A stretch of 64,000 bases of DNA from NCBI GenBank assembly GCA_964396875.1, contig CAYNHK010000001.1, positions 4,546 through 68,545 of the forward strand, in the 5' to 3' direction. The first letter of the stretch is position 1. Each line of letters begins with the position of its first letter. The notes under the pieces are model-generated. The model saw nothing but the letters and a program-made list of their open reading frames with translations. It searched no databases and was not told the origin of the DNA. Of this stretch, positions 26,287 through 35,644 are shown in pieces. The DNA is from an uncultured Acidobacteriota bacterium. Lineage in GTDB: Bacteria; Acidobacteriota; Vicinamibacteria; Fen-336; JAGNNV01. The position numbers and the translations under genes were made by a program.

Positions 26287-29022
26287 ATGACCCAGCTCAA
26301 CCGAATCATCGTCGCGACGGCCGCCGCCTTGAGTCTGGCTCAGACCCGGCCTTCGCCGCCCTCGCCCGCGCCGCACGCTCTCACCATCGAGGATCGGGCC
26401 GAGCCAATCGGCGTAGGTGATGCGACTCCCGAGTTTGGCTGGCAGACGATGGCGGGGAAGGGCTTCATCCAGAGCGCCTTTCAGATCCAGGTGGCGGCGA
26501 CGGCCGCGGCCCTCGCCGCCGGTCGGGCGGATCGCTGGGATTCAGGCACGGTCCAGAGCTCGAGCAGCGGCTATGTCTCTTACGCGGGAGCGGTGCTGCG
26601 CTCACGCGAGGCTGCCTTCTGGCGGGTGCGGGTTTGGGATGCGAGCGGGCGGCCGAGTGCCTGGTCCAGGGCCGCGCGTTTCGAAATGGGCCTGCTCGGG
26701 GCCGAGGATTGGGCGGGCGCGGAATGGATGTGGGGGGACGCGCCTGCGGACCGCGAAGCCCACTTCTACTTCCGCCGCGCCATCGAGTGGAAGAACGGGT
26801 CGGTGACGCGCGCGCGCGCCTATGTCACCGCGAGTCACCTCTACGAACTCTTCGTTGACGGAGCGCGTGTGGGGAAGGGCCCCGCCTTCGCCTATCCCGA
26901 CTATCAGCTCTATCAGACGGTCGACCTCACCGAAGCACTGCGTCGGCCGGGTGGTCATGTCATCGGCCTCACTGCGCGCTGGTTTGGTTCGGGCCAGGGA
27001 CGCCCGGAAGCGCGGGCCGGCCTCCTGCTGAAGATAGTCGTCGACTTCGCCGATGGCACGGAGGCGGCCTTCGGCAGCGGTCCCGAGTGGAAGACGCGCA
27101 CGACGGAATGGCGTGTTCCCGATGCGAAGGTATCGGCCCGGAACTTCCGCAACGGTGAAGGGATTCCGGTCGAGAACATCGATGCGCGCGAAGCCCCCGT
27201 CGGATGGGCGGCCCCGGACTTCGATGATGCCGCATGGGGCCCGGCCCGGGTCCTCGGCCCGCATCCCACCGCTCCCTGGACCGGTGCGCTGATCGCCCAG
27301 GAGACTTCGATCGACGAGCACGAACTCGCTCCCGTTTGGCTGCGCGAGCTGACGCCGACGCGGTTCGTGGCGGACTTTGGAAAGGTCTACGCCGGCCGCC
27401 CCTTGGTGACGTTTGAAAACGGTCGGGCCGGGTCACCCGTGACCGTGACTACGGACTATCGGACCCAGCCCGACGGCTCGCTCAAGGGCTTCGCCCAGAG
27501 TACGAAGATGGACTACGGCTACACGCTGCGCGGCGGGCGTGAGACCTTCGAGCCCTACGGCTACCTTGGCTTCCGTTACGTCCAGGTCGATCTTCCCGCG
27601 GGCATGAAGAAGCCGCCGAGGATCGCCGTGATCGCACGCAGCTCTCGCGTCGATGACTCGAAGTCGAGCTTCCGGTCCTCCGACAACACGCTCAACGCGA
27701 TATGGGATCTGGTGAAGCACTCCGCGCGGTACGGCTCGCAGGAAGGGTTCGTCGACACGCCCACGCGCGAGCAGGCTCAGTTCACCTACGACGCGTACCA
27801 GATCTCCCGCGCGGTGATGCGGGCGTTTGGCGAACGCGACCTGACCCAGCGCGGACTGCGCGAGTTCGCGCAGTCGCAGGTGAAGTTCCATCAGGACACG
27901 GGGAAGGTGAACGCGGTCTATCCAAACGGCGACGGCAAACGCGACATCCCGGATTGGACCCAGAGCTGGCCCATGTGGGCGTGGGAGTACTACTTCGACA
28001 CTGGTGATCTCGAACTTACTCGCGACATCTTTCTCGAACTGGTTCGGACCGGCGAGTACGTGAAGGGCATCGAACGAAAGGACACAGGACTCGTCGACCT
28101 CGGAAATGACGTCGCCTATCGCAGCGGAATCGTCGACTGGCCGAACCGCTACAGCTACGACCGCAAGACCACGCAGCGTACGGTCATGACGATCAACGCA
28201 CATCTTGTCTACACGTCCATCGCGAGACTCGCGGCCGCCCTTTCTCGCCCCGACGTGGCGGCGCGCTTCTCGGGCTACGCCACCGCAGCGCATCAGGCCA
28301 TCGAAGAGTTGTTGTGGGACGATCAGCAGAAGGCCTATATCGACGGACTGTACGAGGGCGGAGGGAAGAGCGTCAGCGCTTCTCAGCAGACGAACGCGAT
28401 GATGGCCGCGCTCGGGCTGGCGAAAGGCGAACGGCTCCGGAGCGCTTTGGCCGCGGTCAAGCGCGCCGGTTTCCAGACCTCGCCCGTTCTCGTCCGCTTT
28501 CTGATCCAGGCCTACGGTGAAAACGACGAAGACGAGGCGCTCTACGACTTTCTTCTGAATCCGACGGGCCGGAACTTCGCTTCGACACTTGCGGGCGGCG
28601 GCACCTTCACCTGGGAGAGCTGGGAGGGGATCAACTTCGCCGGCAACGAGACGAGCGAATCCCATGCGTATGGCGCGAATGCCGGTCTCGAAGCCATCCA
28701 GCGGTATGTGCTCGGCGTCGACCCCACCGCCGTGCAGGCCGCGCGCCTGCGGATTCGTCCCCACCCTGGTTCGCTCGGGAGCGCTGAAGGCGTCGTGCCC
28801 ACCGAGCGGGGGCCGGTATCGGTGGCGTGGACCGCGACGCCGCGTGGCGTCGAACTTCGCGTGAAACTGCCTGGCAACGTTCGCGCGGATGTCTACGTGC
28901 CGGTCGCCGATACCGCGCAGAGGCAGATCAACGTAGATGGCGTGCCCGTCCCAGGAGAAAGGGCGGGCCGCTATGTCGTCATTCGAAATGTCGGTTCTGG
29001 CGACCATCGGTTCCGTCCCTGA
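26287..29022 (+). CDS. GH78 alpha-L-rhamnosidase
   Basis: N-terminal rhamnosidase domain pattern (FWRVRVWDASGRPSAWSRAARFEMGLL), six-hairpin catalytic domain and C-terminal domain, 911 aa. Confidence 0.9.
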   Translation: MTQLNRIIVATAAALSLAQTRPSPPSPAPHALTIEDRAEPIGVGDATPEFGWQTMAGKGFIQSAFQIQVAATAAALAAGRADRWDSGTVQSSSSGYVSYAGAVLRSREAAFWRVRVWDASGRPSAWSRAARFEMGLLGAEDWAGAEWMWGDAPADREAHFYFRRAIEWKNGSVTRARAYVTASHLYELFVDGARVGKGPAFAYPDYQLYQTVDLTEALRRPGGHVIGLTARWFGSGQGRPEARAGLLLKIVVDFADGTEAAFGSGPEWKTRTTEWRVPDAKVSARNFRNGEGIPVENIDAREAPVGWAAPDFDDAAWGPARVLGPHPTAPWTGALIAQETSIDEHELAPVWLRELTPTRFVADFGKVYAGRPLVTFENGRAGSPVTVTTDYRTQPDGSLKGFAQSTKMDYGYTLRGGRETFEPYGYLGFRYVQVDLPAGMKKPPRIAVIARSSRVDDSKSSFRSSDNTLNAIWDLVKHSARYGSQEGFVDTPTREQAQFTYDAYQISRAVMRAFGERDLTQRGLREFAQSQVKFHQDTGKVNAVYPNGDGKRDIPDWTQSWPMWAWEYYFDTGDLELTRDIFLELVRTGEYVKGIERKDTGLVDLGNDVAYRSGIVDWPNRYSYDRKTTQRTVMTINAHLVYTSIARLAAALSRPDVAARFSGYATAAHQAIEELLWDDQQKAYIDGLYEGGGKSVSASQQTNAMMAALGLAKGERLRSALAAVKRAGFQTSPVLVRFLIQAYGENDEDEALYDFLLNPTGRNFASTLAGGGTFTWESWEGINFAGNETSESHAYGANAGLEAIQRYVLGVDPTAVQAARLRIRPHPGSLGSAEGVVPTERGPVSVAWTATPRGVELRVKLPGNVRADVYVPVADTAQRQINVDGVPVPGERAGRYVVIRNVGSGDHRFRP

Positions 29023-29055
29023 CGTGAGCGTCCCAGAAGTTCCAAAGGAGTCCGA

Positions 29056-30372
29056 GTGAAAATGAGTCCCCTGACGCGCCGTCTCTCCGTGATCCTCGTT
29101 GCGTCGATGGCGCACTCGGCCAGCGCTCAACCGCCGTCGGCGTCGGTTCCTCCGGCCCAGGCCCGGGCGACTCCAGACACGCGCTCGGTGCGAGACGTTC
29201 TGCTCACGGTCGCTCGACATCAGCTTCGAGATCTCACTGACGGCGAGTACAGACGGGGGACCTGGGAAGAGGCTCAGCTGAGCAGGCCGCCCAAAGGCAT
29301 CACCTGGACTTACCAGTGGGGCGTCACTCTTTATGGCCTGCTCCGCGCATCGGAGGCCACGGGGGACAAGACGTTCTCGGACTTCGTGCTCAAGCACAAC
29401 CAGATTGCGTCCCGGTACTTCACACATCTCAAGTGGCTGGAAAGGACGTTTGAAAGCTCCCGCAAGGACGACCTCGACAAGGCTCTCCAGGCCTCGGGTA
29501 TGGCCAGGTTCATCCGGCTGGTGCGTCTCGACTTCTGCGGAGCCATGGGCCACGCCATGCTCGAGGGCTTCTTGAGGCACAACGCTTCGCCCACCGCCGA
29601 CGAAACCGCGGTCCTCGATTACATCTCGGATCACATCTCGAAGAAGCAGCCGCGCATCGAAGGCGAAGGCGTTCTTTTCCGGCCCGAGATGGGAAACACG
29701 CTTTGGATCGACGACCTCTACATGAGTTGCCCGTTTCTCATTCGCCGCACGCAGCAGACGGGCAATCCGGCGTTCCTCGACGATGCCGCGAAGCAGATCC
29801 TGGGCATGGCGCGCCGACAACAGGACACTGACGGCCTCTGGTTCCACGCCGCCCATGTCGCGAAGAATGAACGCGCGCACTTCAAGTGGGGCCGCGCGAA
29901 TGGATGGGCCATGGTCACCATGGTCGAGGTGCTTTCGGCCATGCCCGAGAACCACAAGGATCGAGCCGCCATCCTCGAAGTGCTGCGGAAGATGGTGGCG
30001 GGGGTGAAGGCCCTCCAGCGCCCGAACGGAATGTGGGGGCAGGTGCCTACCGAAGCGGATATGTGGGATGAAACCTCGTCCACCGCGATGTTCGCGTACT
30101 CGATCGCGCGCGGCGTGCGTCGCGGGTACCTGCCGAAGGAAGACCTTCAGGTGGCGACGAAGGCGTTCGCGGCCGTGATGCGCCATGTCGCGCCGAACGG
30201 CGACATCCTGGAAGTCAGCGAGGGCACGGGCATCGGGGAGAACCTCGACTACTACCGGAATCGCAGGCGGCCCGTGAACGACCACCACGGTCCCGGCATC
30301 GTGATGATTGCGGCGGCTGAACTGCTCGAGGTCGAGAAGGAAGGCGGGGCGTCAGGCAAGGCGAAGAAGTAG
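29056..30372 (+). CDS. GH105 unsaturated rhamnogalacturonyl hydrolase (second copy), secreted
   Basis: WGRANGW motif and a signal peptide. AAAGGAG RBS; the gene starts 33 nt after the GH78 stop. Confidence 0.85.
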   Translation: MKMSPLTRRLSVILVASMAHSASAQPPSASVPPAQARATPDTRSVRDVLLTVARHQLRDLTDGEYRRGTWEEAQLSRPPKGITWTYQWGVTLYGLLRASEATGDKTFSDFVLKHNQIASRYFTHLKWLERTFESSRKDDLDKALQASGMARFIRLVRLDFCGAMGHAMLEGFLRHNASPTADETAVLDYISDHISKKQPRIEGEGVLFRPEMGNTLWIDDLYMSCPFLIRRTQQTGNPAFLDDAAKQILGMARRQQDTDGLWFHAAHVAKNERAHFKWGRANGWAMVTMVEVLSAMPENHKDRAAILEVLRKMVAGVKALQRPNGMWGQVPTEADMWDETSSTAMFAYSIARGVRRGYLPKEDLQVATKAFAAVMRHVAPNGDILEVSEGTGIGENLDYYRNRRRPVNDHHGPGIVMIAAAELLEVEKEGGASGKAKK

Positions 30373-30392
30373 ACGTCCCGGGACCGGGCCCT

Positions 30393-32750
30393 TTATCGGA
30401 TGACTTCCTTCTCCACGCGGTCCCGTCGTGTGTCGAGCACGCCCTCGGTGTCGCGGATGACCAATCGAGTGACGTCTCGGAGGCTGAAGTAGGGAATGCC
30501 GGGCGCGCGCTGAGCGCGGACGTGGTCGAAGAATGCTCCCGCTACATCCTGCAGGACGAAGGGCGGCCGGAGATCCTCCTTCATGAAGCGGACGTCGACG
30601 TCGCGCAGGGTCACGTTCTTCGCATGACGGATGTAGAAACCGTAGGCAGGCAGGGTTCCGAACATGCTCGGCTCGGGATACGCGGTTTCGTGCTCGGGCG
30701 GCTCCCGCCGCGCGTCCTCGGCGGTTCCGCCCCCGCGGTAGACGATCTGAATGTTGCTCAACTGGAGATCCTCGACGGGGTGGCCGGGGAGACCCGCGAT
30801 CGAGGCAGGAAAGCGCGGATCGACGTCGGTGGCCACGAGGTTGCTGATGCTGACCCGGCGCATTCTCCCCGGCGGCGGCTCATTGGGTCCGCGCCCGCGA
30901 TGGCCGATGCGGAAGAACAGGGGCGCCGTCGTCACCTCGCGCATGGTGATGTTGGAGACCGTGACGTCTTCGAGATCGCCGCCGTCCACGGTTTCGAGGG
31001 CCAGGCCGCGGGACCGGTCGAAGACGCAATTGCTGATCGTGATGTTCCTGAAACCGCCGTTCGACTCGGTGCCGAACTTGATCCGCCCGGTGACGCGGTC
31101 GCGATCGGGAGCCAGTTCCTGCGTGCGTTTGAACGCGCCGTCGAGCAGCGTGCCCGGGTCGTAGCCCGTGACCTGGCAGTTGTTGATGGTCACGTTCTCG
31201 GTGGCGCGGGCGAACCCAAGAGCGTAGGAACTCTTGAGAACGATGGCATCGTCGTTGGGTGAATTGACCCTGATGTTCGAGATGTGAACGCCGCGGCACG
31301 CGTCGATGTCGAGACCGTCGCGGTTGGTGTCGATCGTGAGGTTGTCGATGGTCAGGTTGTCGACGCCGGTGGCGAGCAGGACGAAGTGGCCGCCATTCAG
31401 GACCTGGAAGTCGCGCAGGATGACGTTGCGCGAGAGCTTCAGTGCGATGGCTTTATTGCCATGGCCGTCCATGGCGCGGCGAGCCGTCGACTCGGGATCG
31501 TCGGTGCGGCCCACCGCGGCGCCCATGCTGAGGGGGCGATCGCCGGTGGGTCTCGACCACCGTGCGCCGGGGCCCCGACGCGTGAGCCCGCGGCCTTCGA
31601 TTCGGCCCGGGCCGGTGATCGAAACGTTCTCCACACCAATCCCCCAGATCAGGCTGTTCTGCCAGTGGCTGTGGCCGAAGTCCTGATAGAGATCGTGCTC
31701 GTTCGGTTCGGGGAGGTCGTAGCGGCCCGCGTTTTTCTCGGGATCGGCGGCGAGGATGGTCGAGCCGGGGCCGAGGAAGAGCGAGACGTTGCTCTTGAGT
31801 CGGATCGAGAAGGTCAGGTACGTGCCGGCGGGGAAGGAGACGGTGCCGCCTCCCACGGCCGCCGCAGCCTCGATCGCGCGGTTGATCGCCGCGGTGTCGA
31901 GAGTTCGCCCGTCACCTGTGGCTCCGAAGGACCGAACGTCCAGCGAGAGCGACGGACGCAATGGCGGCGCGGCCACCGGCTGGGGGGCCAGGAGCCGCGC
32001 GAGCGGGTTCGTGGGCATGGCCTTCAGTCCCTCCACCACACTCGCGGCATTGATCTCCGCCCCGGCGGCGTTCGTGTGGGTTCGCTCGTCGGCGAAAAGC
32101 GCTTCGACCTTCTCCGGGCCGAGCGCTTCGTAGCGAAGGGCGACGATTTCGTTGAGGTCGATGAAGGGCGCTCCCTCGGCCCGCGCGACCTCGGCCGCCC
32201 ACTTTCCGTAGTCTCCTGAGGCGCGCGCGACCATCCCGTCCTTCCAGATCTTCCGGGGAACGGGGGAGAGCACAATCGGCAAGGCCCCCTTCGCCTTCGT
32301 CTCGCGAACGTACTTGCGGAGATACCAGCCGTAGGTGCGGACTGCCTCTGCCTTGCCCGTCATTTCGACGATGCCTTCCTGCGTCTGGTCGCCCGTCCCC
32401 TTCAACGATGCTCGCGGCCTCGTGCCCGTGAAGAGATCGCCCCCGTCGTTGTGGCCGAACTGCATCATCACGAAGTCGCCGGCCTTCATCTCGGCGAGGA
32501 CCTGATCCCAGCGCCCTTCGGTGAGGAACGTCCGGCTGCTGCGGCCCCCGATGGCCCGGTTCACCACGGTGACCTTCGTTGCGTCGAAGAACTTGACGAG
32601 GGGTTCCCCCCAGCCCCATTGGCCGTTCGAGCCGGTGGCGTCGCCGTTCCGGACGGTGGAGTCGCCGATCAGGAACAGCTTGGGAAGAGCGGCCGGGGTG
32701 GAGGTCTGAAGTGAGGCGGCCAGCGCGATGGCGGCGAGTGTGCGGCTCAT
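30393..32750 (-). CDS. Fusion protein: N-terminal CE12/SGNH rhamnogalacturonan acetylesterase and C-terminal GH28 parallel-beta-helix (polygalacturonase/rhamnogalacturonase-like)
   Basis: N-terminus: GDSTV, GGRSS and HND-type SGNH blocks (LFLIGDSTV...AIGGRSS...FGHNDGG). C-terminus: beta-helix repeats with NITISNCVFDRSRGLALETVDGGDLEDVTVSNITM, as in GH28. Confidence 0.75.
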   Translation of the reverse strand: MSRTLAAIALAASLQTSTPAALPKLFLIGDSTVRNGDATGSNGQWGWGEPLVKFFDATKVTVVNRAIGGRSSRTFLTEGRWDQVLAEMKAGDFVMMQFGHNDGGDLFTGTRPRASLKGTGDQTQEGIVEMTGKAEAVRTYGWYLRKYVRETKAKGALPIVLSPVPRKIWKDGMVARASGDYGKWAAEVARAEGAPFIDLNEIVALRYEALGPEKVEALFADERTHTNAAGAEINAASVVEGLKAMPTNPLARLLAPQPVAAPPLRPSLSLDVRSFGATGDGRTLDTAAINRAIEAAAAVGGGTVSFPAGTYLTFSIRLKSNVSLFLGPGSTILAADPEKNAGRYDLPEPNEHDLYQDFGHSHWQNSLIWGIGVENVSITGPGRIEGRGLTRRGPGARWSRPTGDRPLSMGAAVGRTDDPESTARRAMDGHGNKAIALKLSRNVILRDFQVLNGGHFVLLATGVDNLTIDNLTIDTNRDGLDIDACRGVHISNIRVNSPNDDAIVLKSSYALGFARATENVTINNCQVTGYDPGTLLDGAFKRTQELAPDRDRVTGRIKFGTESNGGFRNITISNCVFDRSRGLALETVDGGDLEDVTVSNITMREVTTAPLFFRIGHRGRGPNEPPPGRMRRVSISNLVATDVDPRFPASIAGLPGHPVEDLQLSNIQIVYRGGGTAEDARREPPEHETAYPEPSMFGTLPAYGFYIRHAKNVTLRDVDVRFMKEDLRPPFVLQDVAGAFFDHVRAQRAPGIPYFSLRDVTRLVIRDTEGVLDTRRDRVEKEVIR

Positions 32751-32781
32751 GTGAATAGTTCTCCAGACGAGACGGGGAGTT

Positions 32782-34416
32782 TCAAGACGCCGGGCCGGTG
32801 ACGCGGAACCAGTCGATGTCCACGTGACCGGTGCGTGGGACGCCTTGAGGCGCGATGGCGAAGAGGCCGACCTTCGCGCCGATCCAGAGCCCGGGTTTTG
32901 CCGTGAAGATGTCGCCCAGCGGTATGAAGTTGCGGCTGTCCTTACCGTGAGCGAACTGGACCCTGCCGCCCGCCCCGATCGTGGCTTGCAGGTACACGGC
33001 GGACATCGGGAAGTCGACTCCGGCGATCTCCTTCTCCTTGGCCCCGCTGCGTGCGTCGATGTTCGTTCTCACCGCGAGCCGATAGCCCTTCGGGTTCTTC
33101 GTGACGCCGATCCACGCGTAGTCGAGGCCGAAGACGACAAGCCCGGCGGTTTCGCCGACGCGGGCGCCCCCCAGATCGAGGCGCGTGGTCGCGACAAAAT
33201 CGGGCGCCGTCCACTTCTGCATGAGGAGATTGGGAGCGAGCCAGAGGGAGTCTGTGGCAGGGGCAGGCTGGGCGAAGAGGCGAAGTGACCCGGGTTGCGC
33301 CTCGAGCGACAGCCACTTATCGCCCGGGTTCGCCTGCCACTGCCACTGGAGTCCGAGAGTCTTTGCATTGAACTCGTCGGTGGTCTGCGGCTCGAAGCGC
33401 GCGGGCGACGCCTTCACCCCCGGCTTGCGAAATGTCGAAACCGGTTCCCCCTTGAAGTCACCGTCCGGGTCCGCGCCCATGACCGGCCAGTCGTCGCGCC
33501 ACACCATGGGCTGAAGATGAACCACCCGTCCGTAGGCGTCCTTGTCCTGGAAGTGCATGAACCAGTCCTCGCCGGAGGGCGTGTCGATCCAGGCGCCCTG
33601 GTGGGGACCGTTCACGGGAGAGCTCCCGCGTTCCAGAACGATCCGGGCCTCATACGGTCCGTAGACGCTTCGCGAGCGGAACACCGACTGCCAGCCCTCC
33701 TTGACGCCGCCCGCAGGAGCGAAGATGTAGTAGTAGCCGGCGCGCTTCGCGAACTTCGGCCCCTCGATCGTCGTGTAGCCCGGGAAGTTCGCACCATCGA
33801 TCACCACCCGGCCATCGTCGATCGCCCGCGTGCCTTCGGGGTTCAGCTTGACCACGGTCAACACGTTTGCGAAACCTGCGCGGCTCCGCGCCCACGCGTG
33901 CACGAGATAGACCTGACCGTCGTCGTCCCAAAGGGGGCAGGGGTCAATCAGTCCCTTGCCGCCCTTGACCAGAACCGGGGTGCTCCACTCTCCCGCGGGA
34001 TCGGATGCCGTGATCACGTAGATACCGAAGTCGGGATCCGGGTAGTAGATCCAGTAACGGTCCTTGTGAAAGCGGAAGGATGGAGCCCAGCAGCCTTTCC
34101 CGTGTTGCGGCACACGGAACACGTCCTCGGGGACCTGGCGCTTGAGCGCGTGATTGATGATCCGCCAGTTGACCAGGTCGCGGGAGTGCAGGATGGGCAG
34201 ACCCGGCGCGCAATTGAAGCTCGACGACGTCATGTAGTAGTCGTCGCCCGCGCGGACGACGTCGGGATCCGAGTAGTCGGCGTGGATCACGGGATTCACG
34301 AAAGTCCCGTCGCCACGGTCGGGAACCCAGGCCGACCTTTGGCCAACCGCCGATCCCGCCAACGCGAGGCTCGCGAGGGTCGCGCCAAGGAGCGCCAGAT
34401 GAAACCGCACCATCAA
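32782..34416 (-). CDS. GH43 beta-xylosidase/alpha-L-arabinofuranosidase-type enzyme with C-terminal beta-sandwich
   Basis: Signal peptide, GH43 catalytic propeller (DPDVVRAGDDYYMTSSSF) and a laminin-G-like C-terminal domain. Confidence 0.85.
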   Translation of the reverse strand: MMVRFHLALLGATLASLALAGSAVGQRSAWVPDRGDGTFVNPVIHADYSDPDVVRAGDDYYMTSSSFNCAPGLPILHSRDLVNWRIINHALKRQVPEDVFRVPQHGKGCWAPSFRFHKDRYWIYYPDPDFGIYVITASDPAGEWSTPVLVKGGKGLIDPCPLWDDDGQVYLVHAWARSRAGFANVLTVVKLNPEGTRAIDDGRVVIDGANFPGYTTIEGPKFAKRAGYYYIFAPAGGVKEGWQSVFRSRSVYGPYEARIVLERGSSPVNGPHQGAWIDTPSGEDWFMHFQDKDAYGRVVHLQPMVWRDDWPVMGADPDGDFKGEPVSTFRKPGVKASPARFEPQTTDEFNAKTLGLQWQWQANPGDKWLSLEAQPGSLRLFAQPAPATDSLWLAPNLLMQKWTAPDFVATTRLDLGGARVGETAGLVVFGLDYAWIGVTKNPKGYRLAVRTNIDARSGAKEKEIAGVDFPMSAVYLQATIGAGGRVQFAHGKDSRNFIPLGDIFTAKPGLWIGAKVGLFAIAPQGVPRTGHVDIDWFRVTGPAS

Positions 34417-34478
34417 ACCCTACTCTCGCGGCCGCCCGACTCCTTCACAATCCCCAGAAATGGGGAGGCCGTGGCGCA

Positions 34479-35642
34479 TCAGTCGACGAGGGTCGCGCCC
34501 GCCTTGGGCTCGCAGATCCAGGCCCAGGTCGGAAGTCCCGATGTAGCACCGTACCTCGCGATGACTTCCGCTGCGAACGCCTCGGATCCCCCGCGATCGA
34601 CGAGAGCGACGGCGCATCCGCCGAATCCGGCGCCCGTCATGCGCGCGCCGAAGCAGGCGTCCTGGTCTCGGGCGATCCCGGCGAGAAGGTCGAGTTCCGG
34701 GCAGGAGACTTCATAGAGATCGCGAAGACTGGCGTGCGAATCGTCCATCAAAACCCCGGCGGCGGCGAGATCGCCCAGCCGCAAGGCGTCGGCCATGAGC
34801 ACGGGACGCAGGTTCTCTGCGACGACGTGGCTCGCCCGCCGGAACACGATGTCCGACATTTGTCCCCTCGCCCGCTCGAGAAGAGCGGCATCGACGCCGC
34901 GGAGCGCGCGGATGCCGGGCTCGACGGTCTTGATTGCGATCACCGCCGCTTCACAGGCGTTACGCCGCTCGTTGTAAGCCCCTGAGGTGAGCTTGCGTCT
35001 GACGCCGGTGTCCATAACCACGACGACCCCCGAGTCGGGGATGGGGACAGGTTCGTGGTGCAGTGAGCGACAGTCGAGCAGGAGCGCGCAGCCTTCCTCC
35101 GATACCGCGGAAGCGAACTGATCCATCACGCCACACTGCACCCCGACGAACTCGTTCTCCGCCCGCTGGCAGAGCCGCGCGGTCTGAACGGGATCGAAGG
35201 CCCAACCGCCGGCCGCCGCGAACGCGCGAGCGACCGCCACTTCGATCGCGGCCGAGGAGGAAAGGCCCGCACCGATGGGGAGGTCGGCGGCGACGCACAG
35301 GTCGAGCCCAGGCACGTCGCGCCCTTCCGCTTTCAAGGCCCAGGCGACTCCCGCGATGTAGGCGGCCCAGTCTCTGCGTGACGTCGAGTCGAGGTCGTCG
35401 AGCGCCATTGTCGTGGTCGCGCCGAATGAGGTCGAGTGTGCGCGGATCAGGCGATCCGTTCGTGGCCGGAACGCCACGGCCACACCGCGGGAGATGGCCA
35501 TCGGCAGGACGAAGCCGTCGTTGTAGTCGGTGTGTTCTCCGATCAGATTGACGCGCCCGGGGGCAAAGGTCACACGCGGAGAAGCGCCGCCGAAGACCTC
35601 TGAGAATTTCGTACGGAGACCTGAGATCAGTTTTGAATCCAC
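34479..35642 (-). CDS. galK: Galactokinase
   Basis: Signature GRVNLIGEHTDYNDGFVLPMAI, GHMP kinase motif and an LSSSAA block. Confidence 0.9.
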   Translation of the reverse strand: MDSKLISGLRTKFSEVFGGASPRVTFAPGRVNLIGEHTDYNDGFVLPMAISRGVAVAFRPRTDRLIRAHSTSFGATTTMALDDLDSTSRRDWAAYIAGVAWALKAEGRDVPGLDLCVAADLPIGAGLSSSAAIEVAVARAFAAAGGWAFDPVQTARLCQRAENEFVGVQCGVMDQFASAVSEEGCALLLDCRSLHHEPVPIPDSGVVVVMDTGVRRKLTSGAYNERRNACEAAVIAIKTVEPGIRALRGVDAALLERARGQMSDIVFRRASHVVAENLRPVLMADALRLGDLAAAGVLMDDSHASLRDLYEVSCPELDLLAGIARDQDACFGARMTGAGFGGCAVALVDRGGSEAFAAEVIARYGATSGLPTWAWICEPKAGATLVD

Positions 35643-35644
35643 GA

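Noticed and set aside
27433-30288. Minus-strand ORF 27433..30288 (951 aa)
   Set aside because: It is antisense to GH78 and GH105, which have unmistakable family motifs. The product is Arg/His/Gly-rich.
34442-34455. CCCCAGAAATGGGG as a simple terminator hairpin of galK
   Set aside because: Not fully rejected. The 5-bp stem with a GAAA loop is weak for a terminator, and it differs from the regulon box by a single central base. It is kept as a possible operator variant in the findings.
33295-34716. Plus-strand ORF 33295..34716 (473 aa)
   Set aside because: It is antisense to the GH43 and galK genes.
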